Shown here one piece after another: positions 1 through 13,000 of a stretch of DNA of 64,000 nucleotides. A model generated the notes under the pieces. The model ran no database searches. It was not told where the DNA came from and saw only the letters and a program-made list of their open reading frames with translations. The stretch spans positions 300,080,001 through 300,144,000 of the forward strand of contig OZ024742.1 of NCBI GenBank assembly GCA_964016885.1, read 5' to 3'. The position numbers were made by a program, and so were the translations under genes. Source of the stretch: Eledone cirrhosa. Lineage: Eukaryota. How positions within the stretch are numbered: the stretch's first letter is position 1; the number at the start of each line of letters is the position of its first letter.

Positions 1-260
1 AGTGTTTCTATTTACTACAGGAAAGTAAACCTAACTATTAACCAATCCTTAAGTACATTTCTGATTGATTGATTGTCTAGATAGCTAGCTTTTACTTCGG
101 ATATTTACATATTTAAACTAACTTTTAACCACCGGGATTTAGTTAGAAACACTTCTTTTCTGTAGATCATATTGAGATTGTTTCTATAATTATATCAGAG
201 AAAAAAAGATGCCGATTCAGTGAAACGATACAGCTTCAGAAGAGATGTAGTAGAGTTTAA

Positions 261-468
261 CCCTTTAGCATTTAAACCAGCCGTGTCCAGCCAGAATTCT
301 CTCACCTCTTTCTGTTTAAACTGGTTATAACCGACTACTCATACCAACGTTAAGGTATTGTTCTCAAAATAAATATCAACAAAATCTCATAGATTCGATA
401 TTATGTCAGATAAAACCTTTGCCGCGAAAATACAGTAGTAAATATAGAGTAATGTAAATGCTAAAGGG
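261..468. mobile_element. piggyBac-type MITE
   Basis: TTAA-CCCTTTAGCATTT ... AAATGCTAAAGGG-TTAA. A second copy lies at 18391-18597. Confidence 0.85.
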
Positions 469-900
469 TTAATGATGAAGAAGTTCGCTTTGCAAACATA
501 ATGTCTCAGGTTTGGTCTAGTAACGTGGCATCTGGAGCATTTAACATAGCCTCGGGTTGACATAAACTTTGTGAGTGAAATAGGGTAGACAGAAACTGTT
601 TGGAAGCCCATTGGATGAACTGTATCTGTAATTCAAATAGCTAGCCATGTCACATATTGTGCCATGCTGAATCTTGAGAATTATGTTATGGATATACTTG
701 TCTGTGGAATACTCAACTAGCCATTTAAACAATAATTTCAGGATCTGGCTGTTCCGTGATAAAAAAAAAAATGGAATACTCAACATCAAAACCGGTGTAG
801 ACCCATTCTATTCCAAATCTTTAGATTAAATTAATTGTGGACATTTAGTTTCGTCTGTTTACATCATGTGTTCAAATCCTGAAGAGGTTATGTAAGATAC

Positions 901-1590
901 TAATGGTTTCTTATATAAGCACAAGGCCAGCAATTTTGGGGGAGGGGAAAGTCGATTAAATCGACCCCAGTGCGTGACTGGTATTTTATTTTATCGACCC
1001 CGTAAGGATGAAAGGCAAAGTTAACCTCGGCGAGATTTGAACTCAGACCATAAAGGAAGGTAACTATGCTGGAAAGCATGGCGTCCGACCCTCTACTGAT
1101 ACTGCCAATCCCCTGCCCTTTTATAATACTAATAATGGTTTCTACATTTGGCACAAGGCCAACAATTTGAAGGGGGGGACGGAAAATCGATTAAATTGAC
1201 TTCAGTATGTTACAGGTACTTTATTTTATCGACCATATAAGGATAAAAGGCAAAGCTAATCTCGGCAGAATTTCAACTCATAGCGTAAAGGGCCGTAACT
1301 CTATGCTATAAAGCATGTTGTTCAAATCCTGCCGAGGTTTGTTTCGCCTTTCATCCTTACGGTATCGATACAATAAAGTACCAGTAATGCACTGGGGGCC
1401 ATTTAATCGACTTTTTCCCCCTCTCCAAAAAATAGTTGGTTTTGTGCCTAAATCAGAAACCAATATATTTGTCGACCTCGTAATGATATAAGACAAAATT
1501 GACCTGGGTGGGATTTGAACTCAGAACGCAACAGAGAGCTATAATGAACACCACAAAGTTCTAATGACTCTGCCAATTCACTGCCTACAG
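901..1590. mobile_element. Cluster of ~4 copies of the dominant tRNA-derived SINE
   Basis: Shared core GAGTTCAAATCCCGCCGAGGTTAACTTTGCCTTTCATCCTTACGGGGTCGATAAAATAAAGTACCAG (B-box-like GTTCAAATC) in both orientations. Confidence 0.85.
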
Positions 1591-1861
1591 GATGATATAA
1601 TTAATGCACAAATAAGTACTCTCTGGATAATAAGAAATAGTCCATGCGTAATGAGTTTATTAAGAAGTAAAAAAAAAAAACAACGCTAAAAATAGTTTGG
1701 CTTTCTTTGATTTCTATATAAATCACTTGTGCGTTAAATATTTTTGCTATCTGGAGAATTTTTATTTCAGCATCAATTTTATATAGAGAGAAAGAGGGAG
1801 ATGTGTAAAATCCCAATCGCAGCACCTAGCGATTTCGACTTGTGTGTTCAACAATCCCTTT

Positions 1862-2220
1862 CAAGGGTGTAGTAATATTTGGAAGGTGTGAAAGAATAGG
1901 TCACTGGTTTATCATAGTAGTAAACTGGTCTGATGGAAAAAGTGGGATAGGGACAGACAGTGGTAGTGTATCTGGACTGGCAAGGGGTCGGAAGAAGGAA
2001 TTGTGTGTGTGTGAATATAAATAAACAGGATTGAGTTAAATTAAAGGGTGTAGTAATATTTGTAGGGTATGAACAAATGGATCACTGGTCTTCGTAGTGC
2101 TTTGGTTGAGTTTATCATAGTAGTAAACTGGTCTGGTGGAGAAAGCGGAGGGAGCAGACAGTGGTGAATGTATCTGGACAGGTAAGAGGTCAGGATAAGG
2201 AAGTGTGTATGTGTGTGTGC
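1862..2220. repeat. Diverged ~180-bp tandem duplication
   Basis: AAGGGTGTAGTAATATTTG...GTAAACTGGTCTG...GTATCTGGAC occurs twice (~1863 and ~2044). A similar ~145-bp tandem pair lies at 23984-24245. Confidence 0.8.
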
Positions 2221-2730
2221 TATATTAATCTCCTCAGAATCTATTAAATAACATTAATATTTACCATCACATGTCCATAAGATCACAAGTCCAAAAGAAT
2301 AAATAGATTGATAAAATAAAATGGACATGCGTTGATAAATAATAATTGTTTCTACTTTTGGCACAAGGTCAGCAATTATATCAGTACATTACTGGTACTT
2401 TATTTTATCGGTAATGTACTGGGATAATTGCTGGCCTTGTGCCAAAAGTAGAAACAATTATTATTTATCAACGCATGTACATTTTATTTTATTAATTTAT
2501 TTATTCTTTTGGAAATGTTATTTAGTAGATTCTGAGGAGATCAATAGAGCAGGAATGACTATTCCTGTTGTGTTAATCGAAACGTTCGTCAATCAGTTAA
2601 ATGATTTAATCTAAATCCTGGTTATTTATATTCATATATATATATACTGAAAAAACAGCACAGTACCTCCGAAATATATATAATAAAACATATTTTGATT
2701 ATGTGAACGTCTTCATTTATTAATATTTTG

Positions 2731-2784
<54 letters not shown>

Positions 2785-3216
2785 TCAGTGATATTATAAA
2801 ATTTCTCTGATTAGAAATTTACTGATTGGATTAAACTGTCAACTGTCTTTTTACCTATCTTGCTAGGGACAATAAAATCACATTTGAGCTTTGAAATGTT
2901 CTTTGCCTTTATATGATTATATTATCAACTGATCTACATTCTTATATATATATATATAAGAGAGAGAGAGAGTCTGCGGTGCTGACATAAGCCGACGCCG
3001 CTTGGCGCAGCGGTCGGGATTTAAATATATCCCTCTCTCTCTCTCTCTCGTTTTAATTTGGATTGCCTCGAGAACGTAACCTTATTATGTAAGTAGCTGT
3101 CTGGTGAGATCATGGCACTGGGCATGCAGAATCGCGTGGCCACTGTCGTCATTGAAATATGTATCACAGCCTTATCAATAAAGGACTTTAACATCTGAAA
3201 CTACTTCGCATTTTCT

Positions 3217-3259
<43 letters not shown>

Positions 3260-3541
3260 CGATCGATCGACAAGATCCCAAATCTCATTCGCTTATTGTG
3301 TGAGGTGGAACTCGTCCAATCGGGTCAAGGAAACAATGTTCCCTTTTGTCTTTCCATTGCTGATATTATCTAACAGTCGCAACTCCTGGTAAGGAGCAGC
3401 ATGAAATAAAGTGTCTGGCTTAAGAATATAACGTATGGCCAACTCTGGGAATCGAGTTTGAAACTTCGCTATTGCGAATCCAATTTTCTAAGCATTAAGC
3501 CACGCGCCTTCACTCACTCACTCACTCACTCTCTCTCACAG

Positions 3542-3596
<55 letters not shown>

Positions 3597-5934
3597 CATA
3601 CATACATAGATACATTTATACATGCATACACACATACATACATGTGAGTAGAAGTATAATCTATGTTTGAATACCTCTTCAGCAATGTTCACGTAACTAC
3701 GATTATAAATATATTTAAGGACTCATACAATTCTAGTAAACATGACATTTTGGATTGATTTCCTTCTCTGAATTATGAAATATTTGATTCTTTAATTTAT
3801 TATTATTGTTATTGTTTATCGGCTGCTGTTGGTGTTTTTACTGGTTTGATTTTATCGGTTGCTATTGTTTGTCGTTGTTTATATCGACTGCTGATGTTTT
3901 TGTTGTTGTTATGTTTTTCTTCCAATACTTCTCAGTGATTAACAGTGAAAAGAATTGACCTAAACATTCTGTTTACATAGCGAAATAGATTAAAAGAGTG
4001 AATGTAGCTCTCCCAACAATGGCACCCTCCATTTCACATTGATTCCTGCTTAAACGTCAATAAAATCCTATCAATATAACGACCATATTTCTTTGTGAGT
4101 GTGTGTGCCTCTGTGTGTGTGTGTGTGTGTTGGACTTCCGTCGGTTTCGACGATGTGCTTGATCAACCGAAAAGTCAACTCGAGAAATTAACGTGCAAAT
4201 GGCTGACATTTCCCTGAGGATTGGCAGTATTGGTAGAGTATCGGATAACATTCTTTGTGGCATAGAGTTACGGCCATTTATGTTCTGATTTCAAAACCCG
4301 CCGAGGTTAGCTTTGCCTTTCATCGTTGCGGTGTCGATAAAATAAAGTTCCAGTAACTCACTGGGATCGATTTAATCAACTTTCCCCGCCCCCAAATTGT
4401 TGCCCTTGTGCCTAAATCAGAAACAATTATTAGTTGAGATTAAATGTCTTGTAAATATCTTTAAATCTTGAAATTTATAAATTTAAGAAATTAAAAATAT
4501 TCTAATATTCGTTTATATTCTATTTAAATTTTCAGAATTTTAGCCGAAACGCAATAACTAATTCGTTCGGATGTTGAACAATGATATTTACGGTATGTAT
4601 ACTTCTGTCAGAACGTATGAATAATTCACCAATATCATAATACAATTTACTCTTTAGGGGGAGGTGGATTGTCATAAACTGTAGATTGCAGGACTAAATG
4701 TCCTGCGATACCTTAGTTACGTTGATTTACATTCGAAGATCAAATCCTCCTATGTCACTGATATAATAAGTGCTAGTTATAAATCTGAATCGATTCCCTA
4801 TAAAATCTGTAACCATATGTTGATTTATGAAATAATTGTATTCAATTTCATTATTCGAAATTGCATAATGATATTGTTGTTTGTCATATGGGCAAGGACG
4901 TTTATAAATTATATTGGTTTGTTAACGTTGTTAATCTAGTAAATGTAAACTATTTCACAATGATTTCATGCTGATGTGCTCATTATAGATATTGCATTAA
5001 TATGCAAATATACAATTTGGTTAGCGCTGATGGCAACCATTAATCACGCATGAAATTAAATAGAAAAATATTGACAGAATCTGTTCTTAGACACGATTGT
5101 CAAGCTGTTAGTTGGCTACATACGTCAACAACAATTAGTATCATACTGTGTTTTGTGATGAATAACTTGTCGTCTTATATGACTAAAGGGATTCTTAAAC
5201 ATTAAAAAATAAACAAAATTAGAAATTGTATTGGCAATACTTGAGAACATTGCAAAAATTTAAACTTCTTGGAAACAATACACGGACTAGAGGAATGTTT
5301 TAGTTTGCCATCTAAATTAAAAATAGTCTGAATAAATGTTGTTTGTACGTCTTGCTTTATTTAAATGTAAACATGTATTCACCATTCAATCCTAGGTGAG
5401 CGAGGAATAAATTTTATTTAATTCTATCGGGAACTTCCTTAGAGAAATAAACACAGTCCGACAATGTATTTTTATTTTAAGTATCTGAACGCTCTCCAAT
5501 CTACAGTAATTGACTGTAAATATTTAAATCCGCTGGCGCGCTACATTCAATACCTTGTAACACTGAGTATCGTTCCTCTACATTCTGAGTTCAAATCCTG
5601 TGAAGGCGACATTATTTTTCAAATTCTTGTTGTAACAAGAAACACTAACTGAGAATAATGCATCTGTACAAGAAGTGGCAATTTGTAGTATTCATCTCGA
5701 AAGAATGGAAGGCAACGTTAACTTCGACGAGATTTGAACTCAGTGTGCAGAGAGCTGAAACAGGTGCCGAAATATTTATTCCAATGCGCTAACGACTCTG
5801 TCAATTTATCTAATGAAATCAGCATTTAAACAAATATGATTTTTACACAAATATATTTAATTTGATTTTTATTAGATTTTTCTATATTTTACTATTTACC
5901 ATGGAAGATAGACGTTTCTACAAGATTTTTGTAG

Positions 5935-6011
5935 ATCTACAAAATACGAACAAAATCAAAAATCATAACGATCTACCCTGAAACCTGGATATGGAACGAA
6001 GAGTCTGCAGG
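5935..6011 (+). pseudogene. TEP pseudogene exon remnant with PETWIW motif
   Basis: IYKIRTKSKIITIYPETWIWNEESAG followed by GTAAGT. FPETW(I/L)W is the post-bait-region motif of A2M/CD109 proteins. Confidence 0.8.
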
Positions 6012-6168
6012 GTAAGTAAAAGAATTTAGTCATGAGTACACAATCCATAGATTCATCAAAGAGAATATATCTTTATTATAAATAGCATGCCATTACACAA
6101 AAATAACATAAAGGAGAGTTGGAAATTAACACAAAGGAAGTTACAAAATCATTGTACGTGCACACCAG

Positions 6169-6290
6169 AGTTCATTCTCTCCATATATCTACGGCCACTG
6201 GAACTGCACTTAAAATCACGAGCTTGTGCGGTGAACAGCTTAACTAGATATTACATTGCGCAAAACACTCGTGATATTTAGGGTGTTGGC
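6169..6290 (+). pseudogene. TEP pseudogene thioester-site remnant (CGEQ)
   Basis: Across two frames: FILSIYLRPLELHLK / ITSLCGEQL (TGC GGT GAA CAG at 6227-6238) / YIAQNT. This parallels the family pattern DILGxxLxxLxxLLRMPxGCGEQNMxxFAPN. Confidence 0.6.
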
Positions 6291-6355
6291 AGTTTATATG
6301 TAATAAAATATTTAGAATTTGAAAAATAATGATTACGTATTCTATTGTTTCACAG

Positions 6356-6537
6356 ATTTCAAATACTGGAATTCAACGACAGTAATAAGGTTTATTCTGC
6401 AGAAGACAAAGTAGAAGATTTACCAAATATAGAAATGTGCTCCTACATCTAATTGATATATGCTAAAAGAAAGGAGTTCTGATTATGAATGGTTAATCTC
6501 TCAGCGTTCGTCTCGTGGTGGTTATGATTCAACTCAG
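6356..6537 (+). pseudogene. TEP pseudogene exon (TED C-terminal part), frameshifted
   Basis: cacag acceptor and GTAAAT donor. Three frames give FKYWNST, NIEMCSYI* and WLISQRSSRGGYDSTQ, matching the YW, IEMTSYALL and WLxxQRNxxGGFxSTQ motifs. Confidence 0.88.
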
Positions 6538-6559
6538 GTAAATATACGGAGATCATATA

Positions 6560-6910
6560 TGTATATATCTAGGGCGAGTAAAATTCCCGAAATCTCTCCA
6601 GCGGTCTCTGTCCTTCATCATTGCCGCCATGTCCTGCGTCTCCCAGAGACCAGTGTCTGTCCTTAGGGCATCAATATATGTCAACCTCGGTGTCCTTCTT
6701 CTAGTGTGCCCTTGTAGGGGCTCCCATAGGAGCACTGAGTGCGGTGCCAACTCTGAATGTCGGTGAGCATGTCCAGCTAACCTCTGTGTATTTTCGAGCT
6801 GACTTTTGGGAGGCTCCCGCACAACTCTGAGTTTTTCATCCTCAGTGTATACTGATTAATATTCAGAGCCATCCTCAGCATCCTCGTGTAGCACCCATCC
6901 ACCATCTGAG
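6560..6910 (-). mobile_element. RTE-clade LINE 3' fragment
   Basis: VDGCYTRMLRMALNI, RLAGHAHRH, LLWEP..G and DRDRWR motifs typical of RTE C-termini, frameshifted. Confidence 0.8.
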
Positions 6911-6964
6911 TGGATATATATGTATGTATGTGTGTAAAAGGTAAACAGAAATAACAACACAATC

Positions 6965-8760
6965 AGTACAGTATTTGGAAGGAATATATTAGGTTAACGC
7001 GAGAAATAGCAGGAAGAGGGTTTTAACGTTTCGGACGCTAGTCCTTCATCAGAAGAAAAAATGAGAAATTAGATAGATTGAAGGAATGGGCGGGGTGGAA
7101 TCGGAAAAAATGTTTTTAGAGAAAAATAACAAGTCCATTCATGTTGCCATCTCTTGGGAAACTGTTGATCTGGTGTTTTGTGTATGATATACTTTTTTTA
7201 GAAAAGTGGATGATGGAGCGCGTCTACCTAAAATAGAAAAAACCGTTTTGTATATAGAGCTGTGCGTGTGTGTTATTATACATCCGTACGAAGCTAAGAG
7301 GATATGTATGTGTATATGTAAGTAAAAGAGTGTGTATATGCTTGTAAGTACAAAGCTGTGAGCAAATGTATGTTAATATAACGGTGTGTGTGTAATATAC
7401 AGAGCTGTGAAGAGAAAGGCAGAGGTGTGTGTGCGTATTCTGTTGGTCTACATCAGCTGTAAGAGTATATGTTTTTGACCATAAGAGAGCCATAGGAATC
7501 TAGGGGTGAATGTACAAGCGCGTGTGTGATAATGGATGGGGTGAACATGACATGACGGGGCAAAGGGTAGAGAAGTAAGCACGAACGTATATGCGTAATA
7601 TTAAAGAAATTGGGGAGGAGATTTGAGTCCATGGGGGAAACAGGACCTAAGGCGGTAATGTGATCCGTGATGTAAAAGGGTACCCAAAATAGGGTATCAT
7701 GAAGTTGGCGGAGGGCCTCAGCCTTGTAGAGGCCTATGCTCCATACCACAACAGCGCCACCTTTGTCAGCGGGTTTGATGACAATGTCATCGCGACGCCG
7801 TAGGTTGCGGAGCGCTTGGCCCGTGTAATATTAGAACAACGAGAATGCTGGTGGAAACGGAACCGGTTGACGGTACGTCGGCAAATATCGAGAAAGGAGT
7901 CGAGGGTGCTGAACTGGCCAGAGCTCGGGGTCCAGTGTGATTGCCGGCCACTGAGACGAGTGAAGTCATCCGTCTGTGTCGATGGTGGCGTGTCGTGAAG
8001 AAAAACTTTGAACTTTAGTTGACGGAAGAACCCTTCAATCTCGGCACGTGTGTGGAACTCGTCGCAGGTTGATGTGGTTGGTATAAAACGTAAACCCCGG
8101 GCGAGGAGGTAGCGCTCAGCTTCGGGGAGTGGTAGGTCCTGGGGTGTGGTGACAACAGTGGAGGGACGTGAGGGAGTGAAAATGGTGGAGGCGGAGGGGC
8201 TAATGTGGTTAGGCAAAGCGTGTGCAGATTCAGTGGTGGGGAGAGGAAAGCGGGTGGTAAGTGACATGATAGTAGAGTTAGGGTTGGAGGTGTAATGAGT
8301 ATGGGTGGTGACGGCAGAGGAGGGGTGAAAGAAGTTTGCTGTTTTTGATCGAATTGAGGAAATTGAAGAGGAGACGATTGAGGTAAAGGATGAATTGGAT
8401 AAGGTATTGGGTGAGGGGGGAGTGGCAGGTGGAGAAGAGATGGTAGGCCTTGGGGAGATCTCGGTCGAGAGAACGGATGAGCTGGCGAGAAGAGCGGGTA
8501 AGGATGGGCTCAGTGGTGGGAGTAGAGTAAGAGGTGGGGTGGAACTTGAGGCGGAAACCTCGGGGAATGAGGTGGTGGTGGTGGTGGTGGTGGAGACAGC
8601 GACTTAAAAATGAGATGTGACTGTTATATTTTGTTTTGGTGAAGATGAGGTTGGAGAGGTGCACGGGGGATTGGATGCAAATAGGGGGGAGAAATTGGAG
8701 GAAGCGTTTGAGAGTGGACTGGAGCTGGCGGAGAAAAGATGTGAGATTGGGCATGATATA
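6965..8760 (-). mobile_element. Penelope-like element, internally deleted
   Basis: FLSRCL..LIPRGFRLK, LLARGLRFIP, FFRQLKFK and DIVIKPADKGGAVVVW (the PLE DKG motif, ~7745-7795). A hammerhead motif lies in the 3' repeat. Confidence 0.88.
7020..7056 (-). ncRNA. Minimal type I hammerhead ribozyme motif
   Basis: Minus strand: CTGATGA A GGAC-TAGC-GTCC GAAAC GTTA, with palindromic AACGTT in place of stem III. Confidence 0.8.
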
Positions 8761-8772
8761 TGTGTGTGTGTG

Positions 8773-8976
8773 TACGAAGGGGTGCTGAAAAGTTCCTGGC
8801 TTTAAGAGGCTACAGAGACCTGGCTGGAGGCCCAATCTTCCTAGCACTTTTTAGAAAAATTGAAGGATCGCTGCAATAAGTGTGTGAAACTGAGAGGGGA
8901 ATATGTTGAATAAAATCAAAATTAACTGATCATCCTGTATTTTCTCAAAACCAGGAACTTTTCAGCACCACCTCGT
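8773..8976 (+). mobile_element. mariner-derived MITE
   Basis: TIRs TACGAAGGGGTGCTGAAAAGTTCCTGG / CCAGGAACTTTTCAGCACCACCTCGT. Internal EKLKDRCNKCVKLRGEYVE* matches a mariner transposase C-terminus. Confidence 0.88.
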
Positions 8977-9016
8977 GACAAAATATATTTATATAAATAT
9001 ATATATATATATATCT

Positions 9017-9073
9017 ATTGGGTCGAAATTTGTAGAAAAAAAACAAATTTCTACAAATTTCATACTTGACGAC

Positions 9074-9078
<5 letters not shown>
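9017..9078. mobile_element. Tiny fold-back element in (TA)n
   Basis: ATTGGGTCG..AAATTTGTAGAAA / TTTCTACAAATTT..CGACCCAAT inverted termini between TA runs. The ends are mariner-like. Confidence 0.55.
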
Positions 9079-9112
<34 letters not shown>

Positions 9113-9233
9113 CCTATATTATTTATTTATGTCTATACCTTGGGAAGTGCCTTTGTTCTGTGTATGAACTTGTAAGTTCTATAATTCATTATGTATTTAT
9201 ATTATTTTTCTAGTGTTTTTTTCTTATCTTTAG

Positions 9234-9384
9234 GACACTGCCATTGCTCATGAAGCACTTTCTGAATTTGAAACTTTGATTTACGGCTGTTGTGACCAAA
9301 CCATAATGTTAAAAATTACTGACAATACTGGCTACTGTAATTAGCTTCGACATTCCCACCAACACAATCCTCTACAAACTTGTG
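9234..9384 (+). pseudogene. TEP pseudogene exon starting DTAIAHEAL
   Basis: ctttag acceptor and GTAAGA donor. Continues STQ|DTxxAxxAL in phase 0, hits an in-frame TAG, then SFDIPTNTILYKLV in a shifted frame. Confidence 0.85.
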
Positions 9385-9764
9385 GTAAGATAGCACTTTC
9401 AACTTGTTTACTCCTTATAAATATATCATATACATTAGGGTCACTCAGTGGTTGATGATATCAGTTTCACAGTACGGCACAACTTCTGGTCAACATAATC
9501 TTTCCAAGTAAAAATTGGAAGACGGAGACTATTGAGAAATCCGTTGCTCTTTAGTGGTAAATTTAAACCGTAACCTAGTCTCACATAATGATATGATTTA
9601 AGTTCCACACTAGTTTCACATGAACGCCCTAACAAATATATGTAAAGAATTATTTTTAAAAACGCTGTCAAAAGTAGAGTTCAAAATCCATTGTAAACCG
9701 ATTCGTTGCTTGATCCTGCACTCTCACAGATTCTATCCTGTAACTTATCGCTTTATCCAACATC

Positions 9765-9985
9765 ATTACATCTCACTATATCCTTCACTGTTACACTTCA
9801 CTTTATCCTACACGGTCACACCTCACTTTATCCTACACGGTTACACCCCACTTTATCCTACACTATCACATCTCACTTTCTCCTACACTTTCACATCTCA
9901 CTTTATCCTACACTGTCACATCTCACTTTATCCTACTCTGTCACATCTCACTTTATCTTACACTGTCGCACATCCACTTTATTTT
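9765..9985. repeat. 25-bp minisatellite, ~8-9 degenerate copies
   Basis: Unit approximately TCACATCTCACTTTATCCTACACTG, just upstream of the 33-bp array. Confidence 0.85.
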
Positions 9986-10069
9986 AAACTGGCTCACTTG
10001 CTAAACTGTCTCACTCGCACTTTATTCAATAGTGCCTCACTACACATCATTCTACACTGTCTCCACTTT

Positions 10070-13000
10070 ATTCTACACTGTCTCACACTCTACAATGTCG
10101 TACATTATATTGTGTCACACTCTACAATGTCTTACATTAACACTGTGTCACATTCTACATTGTCTTACATTAACAATGTCTCACACTACAGTGTCACACT
10201 CTACAATGTCTTACATTAACACTGTCTCACACTCTACAATGTCTTACATTAACACTATGTCACACTCTACAATGTCTTACATTAACACTGTGTCACACTC
10301 TACAATGTCTTACATTAACACAGTGTCACACTCTACAATATATTACATTAACACAGTGTCACACTCTACAATATCTTACATTAACACTGTGTCACACTCT
10401 ACAATGTCTTACATTAACACAGTGTCACACTCTACAATGTCTTACATTAACACAGTGTCACACTCTACAATATCTTACATTAACACTGTGTGACACTCTA
10501 CAATGTCTTACATTAACACTGTGTGACACTCTACAATGTCTTACATTAACACAGTGTCACACTCTACAATGTCTTACATTAACACAGTGTCACACTCTAC
10601 AATATCTTACATTAACACAGTGTCACACTCTACAATGTCTTACATTAACACTGTCTCACACTCTACAATGTCTTACATTAACACTATGTCACACTCTACA
10701 ATGTCTTACATTAACACTGTGTCACACTCTACAATGTCTTACATTAACACTGTGTCACACTCTACAATATCTTACATTAACACTGTGTCACACTCTACAA
10801 TGTCTTACATTAACACTGTCTCACACTCTACAATGTCTTACATTAACACTGTCTCACACTCTACAATGTCTTACATTAACACTGTGTCACACTCTACAAT
10901 GTCTTACATTAACACAGTGTCACACTCTACAATATCTTACATTAACACTGTGTCACACTCTACAATGTCTTACATTAACACTGTCTCACACTCTACAATG
11001 TCTTACATTAACACAGTGTCACACTCTACAATGTCTTACATTAACACTGTCACACTCTACAATATCTTACATTAACACAGTGTCACACTCTACAATGTCT
11101 TACATTAACACAGTGTCACACTCTACAATGTCTTACATTAACACTGTCTCACACTCTACAATGTCTTACATTAACACTATGTCACACTCTACAATGTCTT
11201 ACATTAACACTGTCTCACACTCTACAATGTCTTACATTAACACTGTCTCACACTCTACAATGTCTTACATTAACACTGTCTCACACTCTACAATGTCTTA
11301 CATTAACACTGTCTCACACTCTACAATGTCTTACATTAACACTGTCTCACACTCTACAATGTCTTACATTAACACAGTGTCACACTCTACAATGTCTTAC
11401 ATTAACACAGTGTCACACTCTACAATGTATTACATTAACACTGTGTCACACTCTACAATATCTTACATTAACACTGTCTCACACTCTACAATGTCTTACA
11501 TTAACACTGTGTCACACTCTACAATGTCTTACATTAACACAGTGTCACACTCTACAATATCTTACATTAACACTGTGTCACACTCTACAATGTCTTACAT
11601 TAACACTGTGTCACACTCTACAATGTCTTACATTAACACTGTCTCACACTCTACAATGTCTTACATTAACACAGTGTCACACTCTACAATGTCTTACATT
11701 AACACTGTGTCACACTCTACAATGTCTTACATTAACACTGTCTCACACTCTACAATGTCTTACATTAACACTGTCTCACACTCTACAATGTCTTACATTA
11801 ACACTGTGTCACACTCTACAATGTCTTACATTAACACAGTGTCACACTCTACAATATCTTACATTAACACTGTCTCACACTCTACAATGTCTTACATTAA
11901 CACTATGTCACACTCTACAATGTCTTACATTAACACAGTGTCACACTCTACAATGTCTTACATTAACACTGTGTCACACTCTACAATGTCTTACATTAAC
12001 ACTGTGTCACACTCTACAATATCTTACATTAACACTGTGTCACACTCTACAATGTCTTACATTAACACAGTCTCACACTCTACGATGTCTTACATTAACA
12101 CAGTCTCACACTCTACAATGTCTTACATTAACACTGTGTCACACTCTACAATGTCTTACATTAACACTGTCTCACACTCTACAATGTCTTACATTAACAC
12201 TGTGTCACACTCTACAATATCTTACATTAACACTGTGTCACACTCTACAATGTCTTACATTAACACTGTCTCACACTCTACAATGTCTTACATTAACACA
12301 GTGTCACACTCTACAATGTCTTACATTAACACTGTCACACTCTACAATATCTTACATTAACACAGTGTCACACTCTACAATGTCTTACATTAACACAGTG
12401 TCACACTCTACAATGTCTTACATTAACACTGTCTCACACTCTACAATGTCTTACATTAACACTATGTCACACTCTACAATGTCTTACATTAACACTGTCT
12501 CACACTCTACAATGTCTTACATTAACACAGTGTCACACTCTACAATGTCTTACATTAACACTGTCTCACACTCTACAATGTCTTACATTAACACGATGTC
12601 ACACTCTACAATGTCTTACATTAACACAGTGTCACACTCTACAATGTATTACATTAACACTGTGTCACACTCTACAATATCTTACATTAACACTGTCTCA
12701 CACTCTACAATGTCTTACATTAACACTGTGTCACACTCTACAATGTCTTACATTAACACAGTGTCACACTCTACAATATCTTACATTAACACTGTGTCAC
12801 ACTCTACAATGTCTTACATTAACACTGTGTCACACTCTACAATGTCTTACATTAACACTGTCTCACACTCTACAATGTCTTACATTAACACAGTGTCACA
12901 CTCTACAATGTCTTACATTAACACTGTGTCACACTCTACAATGTCTTACATTAACACTGTCTCACACTCTACAATGTCTTACATTAACACAGTCTCACAC

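Noticed and set aside
3940-4592. Additional TEP exons (IDLNILFT; NFSRNAITNS; also 9437-9660)
   Set aside because: The positions are collinear and some splice signals exist, but the similarity is too weak to call without alignment.
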